NCBI GenBank assembly: GCA_035692185.1
Contig: DASSIE010000023.1
Location: forward strand, 8,259 to 72,258
Source of the DNA: Patescibacteria group bacterium
GTDB taxonomy: Bacteria > Patescibacteriota > Microgenomatia > UBA8517
DNA length: 64,000 nucleotides
Reading direction: 5' to 3'
Under the pieces are notes generated by a model that was not told where the DNA came from, made no database searches, and saw only the letters and a list, made by a program, of their open reading frames with translations. Each line of letters begins with the position of its first letter. The first letter of the stretch is position 1. Shown piece by piece: positions 9,467 through 18,535 of this stretch. A program made the translations under genes and the position numbers.

Positions 9467-12397
9467 GTGCCTAAAGACTCTTCAGAAAAGAAATTAAACA
9501 AAGAACAAATTGACGCTATTAAATTTGGTGATGGGCCACTTTTAATTATTGCAGGTGCAGGAACCGGTAAGACAACTGTCATAACTGAACGGGTAAAACA
9601 TTTAATAATGACGGGCAAAGCAAAACCTGAGGAAATTTTAGCATTAACTTTTACAGAAAAGGGTGCCCGCGAGATGGAAGAAAGAATTGATGTAGCTATG
9701 CCATATGGTTACACGCAAATGTGGGTTATGACTTTCCACTCTTTTTGTGATCAAATACTACGCGACAACGCAATCCACATTGGTTTATCTCCAACTTATA
9801 AATTAATGACAACTGCACAAAGTATAGATTTAATTCGTAAGAATTTATTTGAATTAGATTTAGATTATTTTAGGCCACTGGGAAATCCTAACAAGTTCAT
9901 TGACGGATTACTTAATCATTTCTCAAGGCTCCAGGACGAGTGTGTTAGTCCAACTGAATATATTAGTTGGGTAAATTCGAAGCACAAATCTCGAAACCCG
10001 AAACAAACTATTGAAGAAAAATTGGAAATTCAAAAAGCTAAGGAATTGGCAAGTGCTCATAAAAAATATAATGAATTAAAAATTAAGGAAAATGTTATGG
10101 ACTTTGGAGATTTAATTACAAACACAATTAAGTTATTTAAGGAGAGACCAAATATCCTCAAAATTTACCAAGGAAAATTTAAATATGTTTTAATAGATGA
10201 GTTTCAGGACACAAACTTTGCTCAAAACCAATTGGCAATAATGCTAGCGGGTAAGAACCAAAACATTACAGTAGTGGGAGATGATGACCAGTCTATTTAT
10301 AGATTTCGTGGTGCGGCTATAAGCAACATTATTCAATTTAGAAAACATTTCCCAAAAACTAAAGTTGTAGTTCTTACAAAAAATTACAGAAGCACGCAAG
10401 AAATTTTGGACAGAAGTTATGATTTAATTCAACACAATAATCCAGATAGGTTGGAAGTGGTGGAAAAAATTAGCAAGAAACTTGTTGCAGAGACAAGAAA
10501 CAAAAAACAAAAAATAAAATTTATACACACAGAAACAGCGGGGGATGAAGCACGTGAGGTAATAAAGACAATAATTCAATTAGCCAGTAAAGACAAACAT
10601 GAATATAAAGATATAGCGATACTGGTCAGGGCGAATAACCACTCCGATCCATTTATAAGAGAGATGGAAAGACAAGGGATTCCAAATCAGTTTTTAGGTC
10701 CTTCTAATCTTTTTGAAAAAGAAGAAATAATGGATTTAATTAGTTATCTTAAGGTTTTATATAACCCGAATGACTCAGAATCTTTTTACAGACTTTTGTC
10801 GTCAGATATTTTTAACATTAGTCCGATTGATCTCATTAAAATTTCGAGTCATGCAAAAAAAACCAGTCTTTCAATTTTTGAGGTTGTTACAGAAAGCGAC
10901 CCTCCTTCGCATAAAGCTACGGAAGGGCAAGTGCAGATTAAGAAAATATTGGAATTAATTAATAAGCACTTGAAACTAATTAAAAAACAAACCGCCGGGG
11001 AGATTTTATATGACTATATTAATGAAGTTGGACTATTACAGAAGCTCGTAGAAAATTCGGAGGATATTAAAGCTAAAAATATTGCAAAGTTTTTTGAAAA
11101 GATTAAAGCCTACGAAGACTCCAATAAAAATGCAGGAGTAACTGCAGTCGTCGATTACATAGATCTATTAATAGAGGTTGGGGAGAGCCCAAATGTAACA
11201 GACGGGGACTGGCAAGAAAATAACGCGGTAAACATACTAACCGTTCATAGTTCTAAAGGCCTTGAGTTTCCAATTGTATTTTTGGCTAACTTGGTAGGGG
11301 AGCGGTTTCCGGGACGTGAACGCCACGAACAAATTCCAATTCCAGCAGAGTTAATAAAAGAAGTTCTACCAATGGGGGACTTTCATCTACAAGAAGAGCG
11401 AAGACTGTTCTACGTAGGGATGACCAGGGCAAAAGAAAAACTTTATTTCTCTGCTGCCGATTTCTATGGCGAGGCAAAAAGAAAGAAAAAGATCAGCCCA
11501 TTTGTATATGAAGCGTTAGGAGAAATATCGAATATCGAAACACGAAATCCGAAACAAATTCCAAACCTAAAAATCCAAAATCCGAAATTGGAAATTAATA
11601 AAGAAGAAAATAAAAAAATAAAAATTGATTATTTATCCGTCAGCCAAATTGAAACTTTTCAAACATGCCCATTGCACTACAAACTGAAATATATTTACAA
11701 ACTCCCAACCAAACCTTCTGCGTCATCCAGTTTTGGAATATCAATCCACGAGACCCTAAAAGAATTTTATCAAGAGATGTTATTGAGCCCCACTTCGCCA
11801 AAGGCTTCGAGGGGTTCTTCGGAAAGATTGATTGAAATTTATAAAAAATCTTTCCTTGAAGATGGGTATTTAAACAAAAAACACAAGCAGGAATTTTTCA
11901 AAAAAGGGGAGAGTTATCTATTAGGGTTTATTAAAAATGGTTACGATAAGCAGAGCTTGTCACTGCACGATAAAAAAATAAAAACTATTTTATTGGAAGA
12001 AAAATTTGTGATGCCGATTGATACAACATTAAAGATCGGCGGTACGATAGATCGCGTTGACGACCTGGGTAATGGAAAAATAGAAATTATTGATTACAAA
12101 ACAGGAGCTAATATTCCGACTCAAAAAGAAGTGGATAAAGATCTTCAGCTCTCGTTCTATGCATTAGCAATAAGTAACATTAAAAAAATAAAACCGGAAA
12201 ATATAAAGCTCTCACTTTATTATTTAGACAATCAAGAAAAAATTACGACGAACCGAACAACCAGTCAGTTAGAAAAAGTTAAGGAAGAAATTTTGGCAAT
12301 TCGAGAGGAAATAGAAAACAGCGACTTTAAGTGTAATAACAATTTCTTCTGCCAAGGGAAGTGTGAATATTCAATGTTTTGTAAAAGTGACTCATAA
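9467..12397 (+). CDS. UvrD/PcrA-family helicase fused to C-terminal PD-(D/E)xK nuclease (AdnAB/AddA-like)
   Basis: AGAGTGKT, DEFQD, TVHSSKGLEF, EERRLFYVGMTRA; C-terminal GTIDRVD...IIDYKT with Cys ligands. Confidence 0.9.
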   Translation: MPKDSSEKKLNKEQIDAIKFGDGPLLIIAGAGTGKTTVITERVKHLIMTGKAKPEEILALTFTEKGAREMEERIDVAMPYGYTQMWVMTFHSFCDQILRDNAIHIGLSPTYKLMTTAQSIDLIRKNLFELDLDYFRPLGNPNKFIDGLLNHFSRLQDECVSPTEYISWVNSKHKSRNPKQTIEEKLEIQKAKELASAHKKYNELKIKENVMDFGDLITNTIKLFKERPNILKIYQGKFKYVLIDEFQDTNFAQNQLAIMLAGKNQNITVVGDDDQSIYRFRGAAISNIIQFRKHFPKTKVVVLTKNYRSTQEILDRSYDLIQHNNPDRLEVVEKISKKLVAETRNKKQKIKFIHTETAGDEAREVIKTIIQLASKDKHEYKDIAILVRANNHSDPFIREMERQGIPNQFLGPSNLFEKEEIMDLISYLKVLYNPNDSESFYRLLSSDIFNISPIDLIKISSHAKKTSLSIFEVVTESDPPSHKATEGQVQIKKILELINKHLKLIKKQTAGEILYDYINEVGLLQKLVENSEDIKAKNIAKFFEKIKAYEDSNKNAGVTAVVDYIDLLIEVGESPNVTDGDWQENNAVNILTVHSSKGLEFPIVFLANLVGERFPGRERHEQIPIPAELIKEVLPMGDFHLQEERRLFYVGMTRAKEKLYFSAADFYGEAKRKKKISPFVYEALGEISNIETRNPKQIPNLKIQNPKLEINKEENKKIKIDYLSVSQIETFQTCPLHYKLKYIYKLPTKPSASSSFGISIHETLKEFYQEMLLSPTSPKASRGSSERLIEIYKKSFLEDGYLNKKHKQEFFKKGESYLLGFIKNGYDKQSLSLHDKKIKTILLEEKFVMPIDTTLKIGGTIDRVDDLGNGKIEIIDYKTGANIPTQKEVDKDLQLSFYALAISNIKKIKPENIKLSLYYLDNQEKITTNRTTSQLEKVKEEILAIREEIENSDFKCNNNFFCQGKCEYSMFCKSDS
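10900..10931 (+). repeat. Palindromic element family A, copy 1 (in-frame in UvrD-nuclease)
   Basis: CCCTCCTTCGCATAAAGCTACGGAAGGGCAAG. Confidence 0.8.
11785..11817 (+). repeat. Palindromic element family A, copy 2 (in-frame)
   Basis: GAGCCCCACTTCGCCAAAGGCTTCGAGGGGTTC. Confidence 0.7.
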
Positions 12398-12414
12398 CTA
12401 TTACAATAACTCCA

Positions 12415-12702
12415 ATGTCTGACATTCTTGATAATAATGAAACCAATTTCGACGGTATTGAGATAACACTTCAAAAGGACACTTTCGTTTTTAAGAAAAC
12501 AAAAGAAAATCTTGCTTTACGAGACGGTGTAATAGAAAAGGGAGAGACTATTATTGTCGGCGATTACACTGACATAGTCAGATTGTATTATGATCACGAT
12601 AAGCATGAATTTACTCCTTGGATGGATAACCCAGATGTAATTCATGGAGATGAAACCACAGTGAGATATATAAGGACTCAAGACCTTCCTCAGGATTTTT
12701 AA
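12415..12702 (+). CDS. Hypothetical protein
   Basis: 95-aa acidic ORF with TACAAT just upstream of ATG. Confidence 0.55.
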   Translation: MSDILDNNETNFDGIEITLQKDTFVFKKTKENLALRDGVIEKGETIIVGDYTDIVRLYYDHDKHEFTPWMDNPDVIHGDETTVRYIRTQDLPQDF

Positions 12703-13577
12703 ACAGGTAGCCGGAATTTGGTATAACAGCCAGGGTACAGGATCTCAGTGCCCCCAAAAGAGCGCTTGAAGTGGGTGAAGCCGAGCCAGCTTTTGATGGG
12801 GAAGCGAGAGTCGTAGATTCCTTCGAAATCGAAAATCCTACAACTCTGCCTTTTGGCCCATAGTATTCCGTAATAGAGGAGAGTGTACTGGGATAGGGAA
12901 GTGCGACCTTCTGAATTTGTAAATCCGTACCAATAATAACTGATATAGTTTGATCCGCCGTGTAAAGATGTCGTGAAAAGCGCTCCACCTATAATTCTGC
13001 CAAATATATTGTGCGACGCAAGGAATATGGACTTATTACCTGGGAAACTTTTGCGTAGATTAATTAATTGCCCCTCCCCTGGCACATAACGCGAAAAGTT
13101 AACAGAATTTTTCCATGCATCTCGCCAGATTTTGATTTTATTTGGAGAAGAATATTCTTTTATGTTCTCGGCATTCATGATTTGACCACTTCCCTGCCGG
13201 ATTGCCCTTCTCGTATCTTTTTTAAAGTGGCTTAGTATTGTTTCCTTGCTTTGAGTAAGGTCAATCTGAAGAGTTATTGTGGGTAAATACGGGCTTTTTG
13301 AGAGATTGAATCCATGTGATAGCATTAATATATGATTCTTTTCGGTGATGGTACTGGAAGCTAAGTTAGGCTCGATAATAATCTGAAAAACGCGGTATTT
13401 TCGGGCTAATTTATCAATTACTCCGAAATCAATTGTATCTGATCTTTGAAGCTTCAAAATACTTCCAACGATCGGCAATTTTTTAATGAAGTAATTTGTA
13501 TTATCAACCCTTTCTACGATCCAGCCCTCTGATGACAGATAGTTAGCATATTGAATTGTTTGTCTGATATCTGTCAT
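12699..13577 (-). CDS. FemAB/FemX-like peptidoglycan bridge aminoacyltransferase
   Basis: DIRQT, TLQIDLT, FDFEGI, GFTHFKRSFGG motifs. Confidence 0.8.
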   Translation of the reverse strand: MTDIRQTIQYANYLSSEGWIVERVDNTNYFIKKLPIVGSILKLQRSDTIDFGVIDKLARKYRVFQIIIEPNLASSTITEKNHILMLSHGFNLSKSPYLPTITLQIDLTQSKETILSHFKKDTRRAIRQGSGQIMNAENIKEYSSPNKIKIWRDAWKNSVNFSRYVPGEGQLINLRKSFPGNKSIFLASHNIFGRIIGGALFTTSLHGGSNYISYYWYGFTNSEGRTSLSQYTLLYYGILWAKRQSCRIFDFEGIYDSRFPIKSWLGFTHFKRSFGGTEILYPGCYTKFRLPV

Positions 13578-13692
13578 AAATTCGAAATTACAAATAACAA
13601 ATTCGAAACAATACCAAAATTCTAATGTTTAAAATTTAAAACTTTTATATTTTGAATTTGTTTAGGATTTCGAGTTTGGTACTTCGAATTTA
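13577..13692. repeat. Heptamer-period inverted element family B
   Basis: TAAATTCGAA...TTCGAATTTA terminal inverted repeat, arms of AAANNCG-like heptamers. Confidence 0.8.
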
Positions 13693-14697
13693 GAAACGAT
13701 GTTTAGATAATCCGAACCTTGCAACAATTTTTAAGGTTGGCCATCTTATCCATTCAAGAATTCTATAAACTACGTAAATTGGTTTATTAATTACCAAATC
13801 CCAAGTCCCCAAGAATTCAATTACTTTGGGACTGTAACCTTCTTTGAATTTTGTAAAACCCTTTCCGGTCTCTCTCCCCCACAGATCAAAGGTTTTGAGT
13901 CCCATTTTTTTGCCAAACTTAATTGCCTCCCACATCATTAAATTATTTGCCATGACATTTTTGTGCTCTTCCGTGGAGGCACCATACGGATAGTACAGGA
14001 AATCTTTCCATGCAAATAGTATCCAAGTGGTGATTACTTGCCCTTCCGAATCCTTTGGCGAAGGAGGGTTGAACCTTGCTACTAAAAGGTGTGCGATTCC
14101 GGCTTTTTTAAGAATCTCCCACATTAATTTATGGTATTTTCTGGTGTGAGCGTAAAAACCTTGACGATTTACGGTTTCGCTTGTTAACTCAAGATATTTG
14201 CTAAATGCCTTGTCGGAATTATCCTCTTTTATTTTTACCCCGTTTCTTTCTGCTACTCGAATGTTATAACGTGTTTTACTTGAAAAACTTTTAAGTAGAT
14301 TCTCCTCCGATAGGGTTAAATCAATCCAAAAAGTAGTTGGGGTAAAAAGCGTTTTACCCCCTGTTGCTCCATTTTGTTTTAGTAATTTTATTAGTTTGGA
14401 TTTAATTGGAAATTGGAAATTGGAAATTGGAAATTCCCAGCCAAAATTAGGTTCTAATTTGATGAAAACAAGGTTGTTCTTTTTACCAATAATTTTCAGT
14501 TCGTCTAACATTGGCTGGGTAGGGGTTGGGCCCTTTTCAAAGATACCAATTTTATATTTAGTTCCTGGAATTTTATGAGCAGTTATAATTCCGTATTTAG
14601 TCTCAATTACCTCGTTTCCCCACTCGCGCCTAAACTCAGCCCATGCCGAAGTTTGAAGTGGATGTGTAGCAATTTTATCTAAGTTGTTTATATTCAT
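13690..14697 (-). CDS. FemAB/FemX-like peptidoglycan bridge aminoacyltransferase
   Basis: HPLQTSAW, KTRYNIR, YYPYGAS, FDLWG, GFTKFKEG; start moved to ATG 14697 (TATAAT 6 nt upstream). Confidence 0.85.
   Translation of the reverse strand: MNINNLDKIATHPLQTSAWAEFRREWGNEVIETKYGIITAHKIPGTKYKIGIFEKGPTPTQPMLDELKIIGKKNNLVFIKLEPNFGWEFPISNFQFPIKSKLIKLLKQNGATGGKTLFTPTTFWIDLTLSEENLLKSFSSKTRYNIRVAERNGVKIKEDNSDKAFSKYLELTSETVNRQGFYAHTRKYHKLMWEILKKAGIAHLLVARFNPPSPKDSEGQVITTWILFAWKDFLYYPYGASTEEHKNVMANNLMMWEAIKFGKKMGLKTFDLWGRETGKGFTKFKEGYSPKVIEFLGTWDLVINKPIYVVYRILEWIRWPTLKIVARFGLSKHRF
14037..14068 (-). repeat. Palindromic element family A, copy 3 (in-frame in FemAB)
   Basis: CCCTCCTTCGCCAAAGGATTCGGAAGGGCAAG on minus strand; 27/32 identical to copy 1. 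Confidence 0.8.
14404..14435. repeat. (AATTGGA)4 tandem heptamer inside FemAB
   Basis: Four perfect copies; translated on minus strand as FPISNFQFPI. Confidence 0.8.
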
Positions 14698-14753
14698 AAC
14701 CCAATTATACATTGAATTTGAGTATTTACGTTTTGGGCTGTAAAGTATGGCCA

Positions 14754-15605
14754 ATGGAAAGACCAATCACATTTACGACAGAAATGCTCCAATCTGCGGC
14801 CAAAGGAAAACTTCTAAAGTTCTGGAAACTGAACTCACCCGATAGGCCAAGAAAATTTCCATGGAAACCAGTAGAAATATTACCGCAAAAAGATCCTGAG
14901 CAAATGAGTAGAGTAATAGAAATTATCGGCCCGTCGGGTGCCGGCAAAACGGAAGCGGTTAACTTTTTGGGACATAAATTTAGTCAAAATTTGAATATTA
15001 TTATCGCTCCCGAACTTGTGGTATATGACGGGGAAGGAAATGTCGAAGATTGGGGAAAAGACCATAAACTAAAGGGCTTAATGTTGGGAGAGTTTGGAAT
15101 TAAACACCAAATGCTGATTTGGGACAATATTAAATTATTGTCTCATATGTACCATGTTGCAGAATTAATTAAAAACAGAATGCAAAAACGGTTAATTATT
15201 GAAAGAGGTGCTAATGACGCCATATCTACACAACCCTTCACTCAACCCGAGCATTATAGTATTCGGTATGATCCGATATACGAACGAGATTTTTTAACTC
15301 ACACGTTCCAGTCAATTGCTTTAGCTGAGGACGTAGACGCGGTTATTCTATTTGGAACCAATTGGAAGACAACCAGGAAAAGGAGAGTTGATAGCGGTGA
15401 AAAACCAGAAGGGAATTTGATTAATAGGAAAAATTGGCCGGAAATAATGTCCGGCTATGAATGGTGGTTGGGTTCATTTTACCCAATTTTCAGAAAGCGA
15501 AACGGTATGGGTTTACTGATAGTTGATGGTAGAGACGATCTAAACGCCAACAATCAAAAAATTCTGGAATACTGTCAAAAGGTTTTTGTAATGCAGGGCA
15601 GTTAA
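14754..15605 (+). CDS. P-loop nucleotide kinase-like protein (thymidylate kinase-like fold)
   Basis: IEIIGPSGAGKT Walker A, LIIER; start at ATG 14754 behind TTGAGT-17-TAAAGT. Confidence 0.55.
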   Translation: MERPITFTTEMLQSAAKGKLLKFWKLNSPDRPRKFPWKPVEILPQKDPEQMSRVIEIIGPSGAGKTEAVNFLGHKFSQNLNIIIAPELVVYDGEGNVEDWGKDHKLKGLMLGEFGIKHQMLIWDNIKLLSHMYHVAELIKNRMQKRLIIERGANDAISTQPFTQPEHYSIRYDPIYERDFLTHTFQSIALAEDVDAVILFGTNWKTTRKRRVDSGEKPEGNLINRKNWPEIMSGYEWWLGSFYPIFRKRNGMGLLIVDGRDDLNANNQKILEYCQKVFVMQGS

Positions 15606-17545
15606 TCCTTTTCCAAATACTTCTCTATTATATCGTCAAATGTACCGCCTATATCCTCTTTGGCTACCGAAAATGTTGACTCTCCGCCTATATTCTCTAA
15701 CAAATTCTCTGGAATGTCACTTAAAAATCTTGAAGGAGCATTACTTAACCTCTCCCCAAAATATAAACGGGAGTTAGCATAAGTTAAATATAATAATTCT
15801 TTAGCTCGAGTAATGCCAACATAAGCAAGTCTTCTTTCCTCTTCTAGTTGTGAACTGTCCATCAAACTTCTGGAATGTGGGAAGAGACCCTCCTCGAGTC
15901 CCACAATAAAGACGATTGGAAACTCAAGTCCTTTGGCAGAGTGGAGGGTCATGAGTGTTACGAGGTCTGATTCGCCACTCCCTTGTTTTCTCAATTTTCC
16001 TTTTGAATTTTGCTCAGCTTCAACAAGTGCAACATTTTCCAAAAATTCAGTAATGTCCGGGAATTCTGTGGCAACTGACCGCAACTCTTTAATATTTTCG
16101 AGTCTTGCTATGTTTTCTTCTGATTCTTTTGCAAAAAGCGATAGGTAGTCAGTTTTTTGCAAAACAACGTCTAAAATATCTAGAGTAGTTAAGCCGTCAA
16201 AATTTGGAACCCCGGCCCTAAATTCTTCTAATCTTTCAAACCTCCTTTGCCCAATTTTTTCAATTCTTTTTTTGGAAACTGAATCTTTTGGATTTGTTAA
16301 ATATCTGATGTAACTAATTACATCCTTAACTTCTTTTCTGTCGTAAAACCTTGTGCCACCAATTAATGTATATGGAATACCAGAATGAAGTAGAGCTTCT
16401 TCCAAGACGCGGGACTGGGCGTTGGTTCGGTAAAGTACAGCAATATCGCTGTAGCTGACAGTCGACAGGCTACCGACTACAGCTGTAGACCGTAGACTGT
16501 AGTCTGTAAGCCTTTTGATTTCATCAACAACAAAATCTCCCTCGTCGAAACCATTTTTGGCTGAATAGAGTTTAATTTTTGCGCCGGCCAATTTTTCCGT
16601 CCACAGTTTTAAAACCGGATGGCTAGTATTTTTGGAGATTACATCGTTTGCGGCATCCAAGATGTTTTTAGTTGAACGATAATTTTGTTCCAAATTAATT
16701 ACCTTTATGTCAGGGTAATCCCTTATTAAATAATTTATATTTTTGTAGTCTGCACCGCGCCAAGAATAAATAGACTGACTAGCATCCCCCACCGCAGTTA
16801 TGTTTCGGTTCTTTCCCACCAATAATTTTGTTAAAGAATACTGAATTTTGTTTGTATCCTGCCATTCGTCAACAAAAATATGAGTAAGGTTTCTTTGCCA
16901 TTTGGCTAACACCTCTGGCACTTCTTTAAAAAGTTTTACGGTTTTAATCATAAGGTCATCAAAGTCTAGTGCTCCGTTTTCCCTCAACTCCTTTTCGTAA
17001 GCCATATAAACTTTATATACAACCTCTTGCCAATCTCCTTTAACAAACTCCGAATATTGTTCGGGGGTAAACATCTGATTTTTTGCCTCACTAATACCAT
17101 TTAAAATAGAGGCTGGATTATACTGGTCGGTTGAAAGATTCATGCTATCTAATATTTGTTTAACTAAATCCTTTTGATCAGTGGCGTCATAAATAATGAA
17201 GTTAACAGGAATTCCAATATTGTGGCCTTCCATTCTTAGCACCTTTGCACAAAAAGAATGAAACGTTCCAGCCGTCGGTAAACCTTTGACGGGCAAGCCA
17301 GCCTCTTCCAATATTTTGCTCATTCGCGATTTCATTTCACTAGCTGCTTTATTTGTAAAAGTTAAAAGAAGAGCGTTTTCAGGACGGCACAATCCCTGGC
17401 CGATAAAATAAGCTACTCTGTGAGTTAATACTTTGGTTTTACCACTACCTGCACCGGCCAAAATCAAAAGTGGTCCCGAGGTGTAGGTTACAGCTTCTAG
17501 TTGGTCTTTATTTAAGGTTGCTAAAAGCTTGTCAGAGTTAGTCAT
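15602..17545 (-). CDS. pcrA: ATP-dependent DNA helicase PcrA/UvrD
   Basis: AGAGSGKT, DEWQD, LYRTNAQSR, TLHSAKGLEF, EERRLAYVGITRA. Confidence 0.95.
   Translation of the reverse strand: MTNSDKLLATLNKDQLEAVTYTSGPLLILAGAGSGKTKVLTHRVAYFIGQGLCRPENALLLTFTNKAASEMKSRMSKILEEAGLPVKGLPTAGTFHSFCAKVLRMEGHNIGIPVNFIIYDATDQKDLVKQILDSMNLSTDQYNPASILNGISEAKNQMFTPEQYSEFVKGDWQEVVYKVYMAYEKELRENGALDFDDLMIKTVKLFKEVPEVLAKWQRNLTHIFVDEWQDTNKIQYSLTKLLVGKNRNITAVGDASQSIYSWRGADYKNINYLIRDYPDIKVINLEQNYRSTKNILDAANDVISKNTSHPVLKLWTEKLAGAKIKLYSAKNGFDEGDFVVDEIKRLTDYSLRSTAVVGSLSTVSYSDIAVLYRTNAQSRVLEEALLHSGIPYTLIGGTRFYDRKEVKDVISYIRYLTNPKDSVSKKRIEKIGQRRFERLEEFRAGVPNFDGLTTLDILDVVLQKTDYLSLFAKESEENIARLENIKELRSVATEFPDITEFLENVALVEAEQNSKGKLRKQGSGESDLVTLMTLHSAKGLEFPIVFIVGLEEGLFPHSRSLMDSSQLEEERRLAYVGITRAKELLYLTYANSRLYFGERLSNAPSRFLSDIPENLLENIGGESTFSVAKEDIGGTFDDIIEKYLEKD
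16449..16510. repeat. CTACAG/CTGTAG heptamer inverted element inside pcrA
   Basis: Minus strand: CTTACAG ACTACAG TCTACGG TCTACAG CTGTAG TCGGTAG CCTGTCG ACTGTCA. Confidence 0.7.
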
Positions 17546-17563
17546 TCCAAATACAATAGTAAC
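17546..17563. promoter_or_regulatory. Bidirectional -10 element for divergent leaderless genes pcrA / LCP
   Basis: TACAAT (+, 17552-57) 6 nt before ATG 17564; TATTGT (-, 17553-58) 7 nt before ATG 17545. Confidence 0.55.
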
Positions 17564-18532
17564 ATGACTCTTAAGAAAATTGGCTTGGTATTGGTAGGAA
17601 TAGTTATAGTATTTATCGCAATTTTATTTGTTTTTTTTAGGCCCCAAATAAGCCTTGCCAAAAATTTTACATTCCCAGACATTTCAAAGATAAGTAGCTT
17701 TGAGGGAAGAACAAACATTTTAATATTGGGTAAAGCTGGTAAGGATCATGCGGGTGGAGATTTAACCGATACCATGATATTGGTTTCTTTATCTATAAAT
17801 TCCCCAAATATTGCTATGGTTTCCCTCCCACGAGACCTTTGGATTGCCCAAATTCGAGCAAAAATTAATAGTTCGTATCATTATGGTGGACTTAGTCTTG
17901 CCAAATCAAATACAGAGCTAGTGTTAGGGATTCCTGTGCATTACGGACTTGTTTTAGATTTTTCAGGGTTTAAAGATATTGTGGATGTATTAGGTGGAAT
18001 CAGTGTTAATGTTGAAAATACTTTCACAGATAATTTGTATCCAATTGCAGGACGCGAAAATGATTTGTGCGACGGTGACATTTTATTTAAATGCCGCTAC
18101 GAAAGCATCACTTTTACGTCTGGTCTCCAGACAATGGACGGAGCGACTGCCTTAGAGTTTGTTCGTTCAAGACATGCGGAAGGCACTGAGGGAACAGATA
18201 TCGCCCGTGAAGCAAGGCAGCAAAAAATAATAGGGGCAATTGAAAATAAAATTATGGACCCCAAGGTTTTCTTAAATTTTAAAAAAGACCTTGCGGTGTG
18301 GAAAGTAGTTATGGCATCAATTGAAACCGATATAAGTAGCGATGGTGGAGCAATACTTGCAAGAAAAGTTTTTGATAGTATGAAGACGATTAATAAATAT
18401 TTAATTCCAGATGAGCTGTTAGTTAATCCAAAGCCTTTGGCGCTATATGACAAACAATATGTATTCATTCCCAAACTTGGAAATGGAAAGTGGAGCGATG
18501 TTCATAAGTGGGTGAATGAAATATTGAAGTAG
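17564..18532 (+). CDS. LytR-CpsA-Psr (LCP) family glycopolymer transferase
   Basis: N-terminal TM, NILILG, TDTMIL, SLPRDLW, FVRSRH, DIAREARQQ. Confidence 0.9.
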   Translation: MTLKKIGLVLVGIVIVFIAILFVFFRPQISLAKNFTFPDISKISSFEGRTNILILGKAGKDHAGGDLTDTMILVSLSINSPNIAMVSLPRDLWIAQIRAKINSSYHYGGLSLAKSNTELVLGIPVHYGLVLDFSGFKDIVDVLGGISVNVENTFTDNLYPIAGRENDLCDGDILFKCRYESITFTSGLQTMDGATALEFVRSRHAEGTEGTDIAREARQQKIIGAIENKIMDPKVFLNFKKDLAVWKVVMASIETDISSDGGAILARKVFDSMKTINKYLIPDELLVNPKPLALYDKQYVFIPKLGNGKWSDVHKWVNEILK

Positions 18533-18535
18533 ACC

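Noticed and set aside
13577-13692. Heptamer elements as CRISPR arrays
   Set aside because: Units are 7 nt with no unique 25-45-nt spacers, and no cas genes are in the window.
14712-14766. Overlap of femAB and kinase 5' ends
   Set aside because: Artefact of longest-ORF starts; promoter-supported starts are 14697 and 14754.
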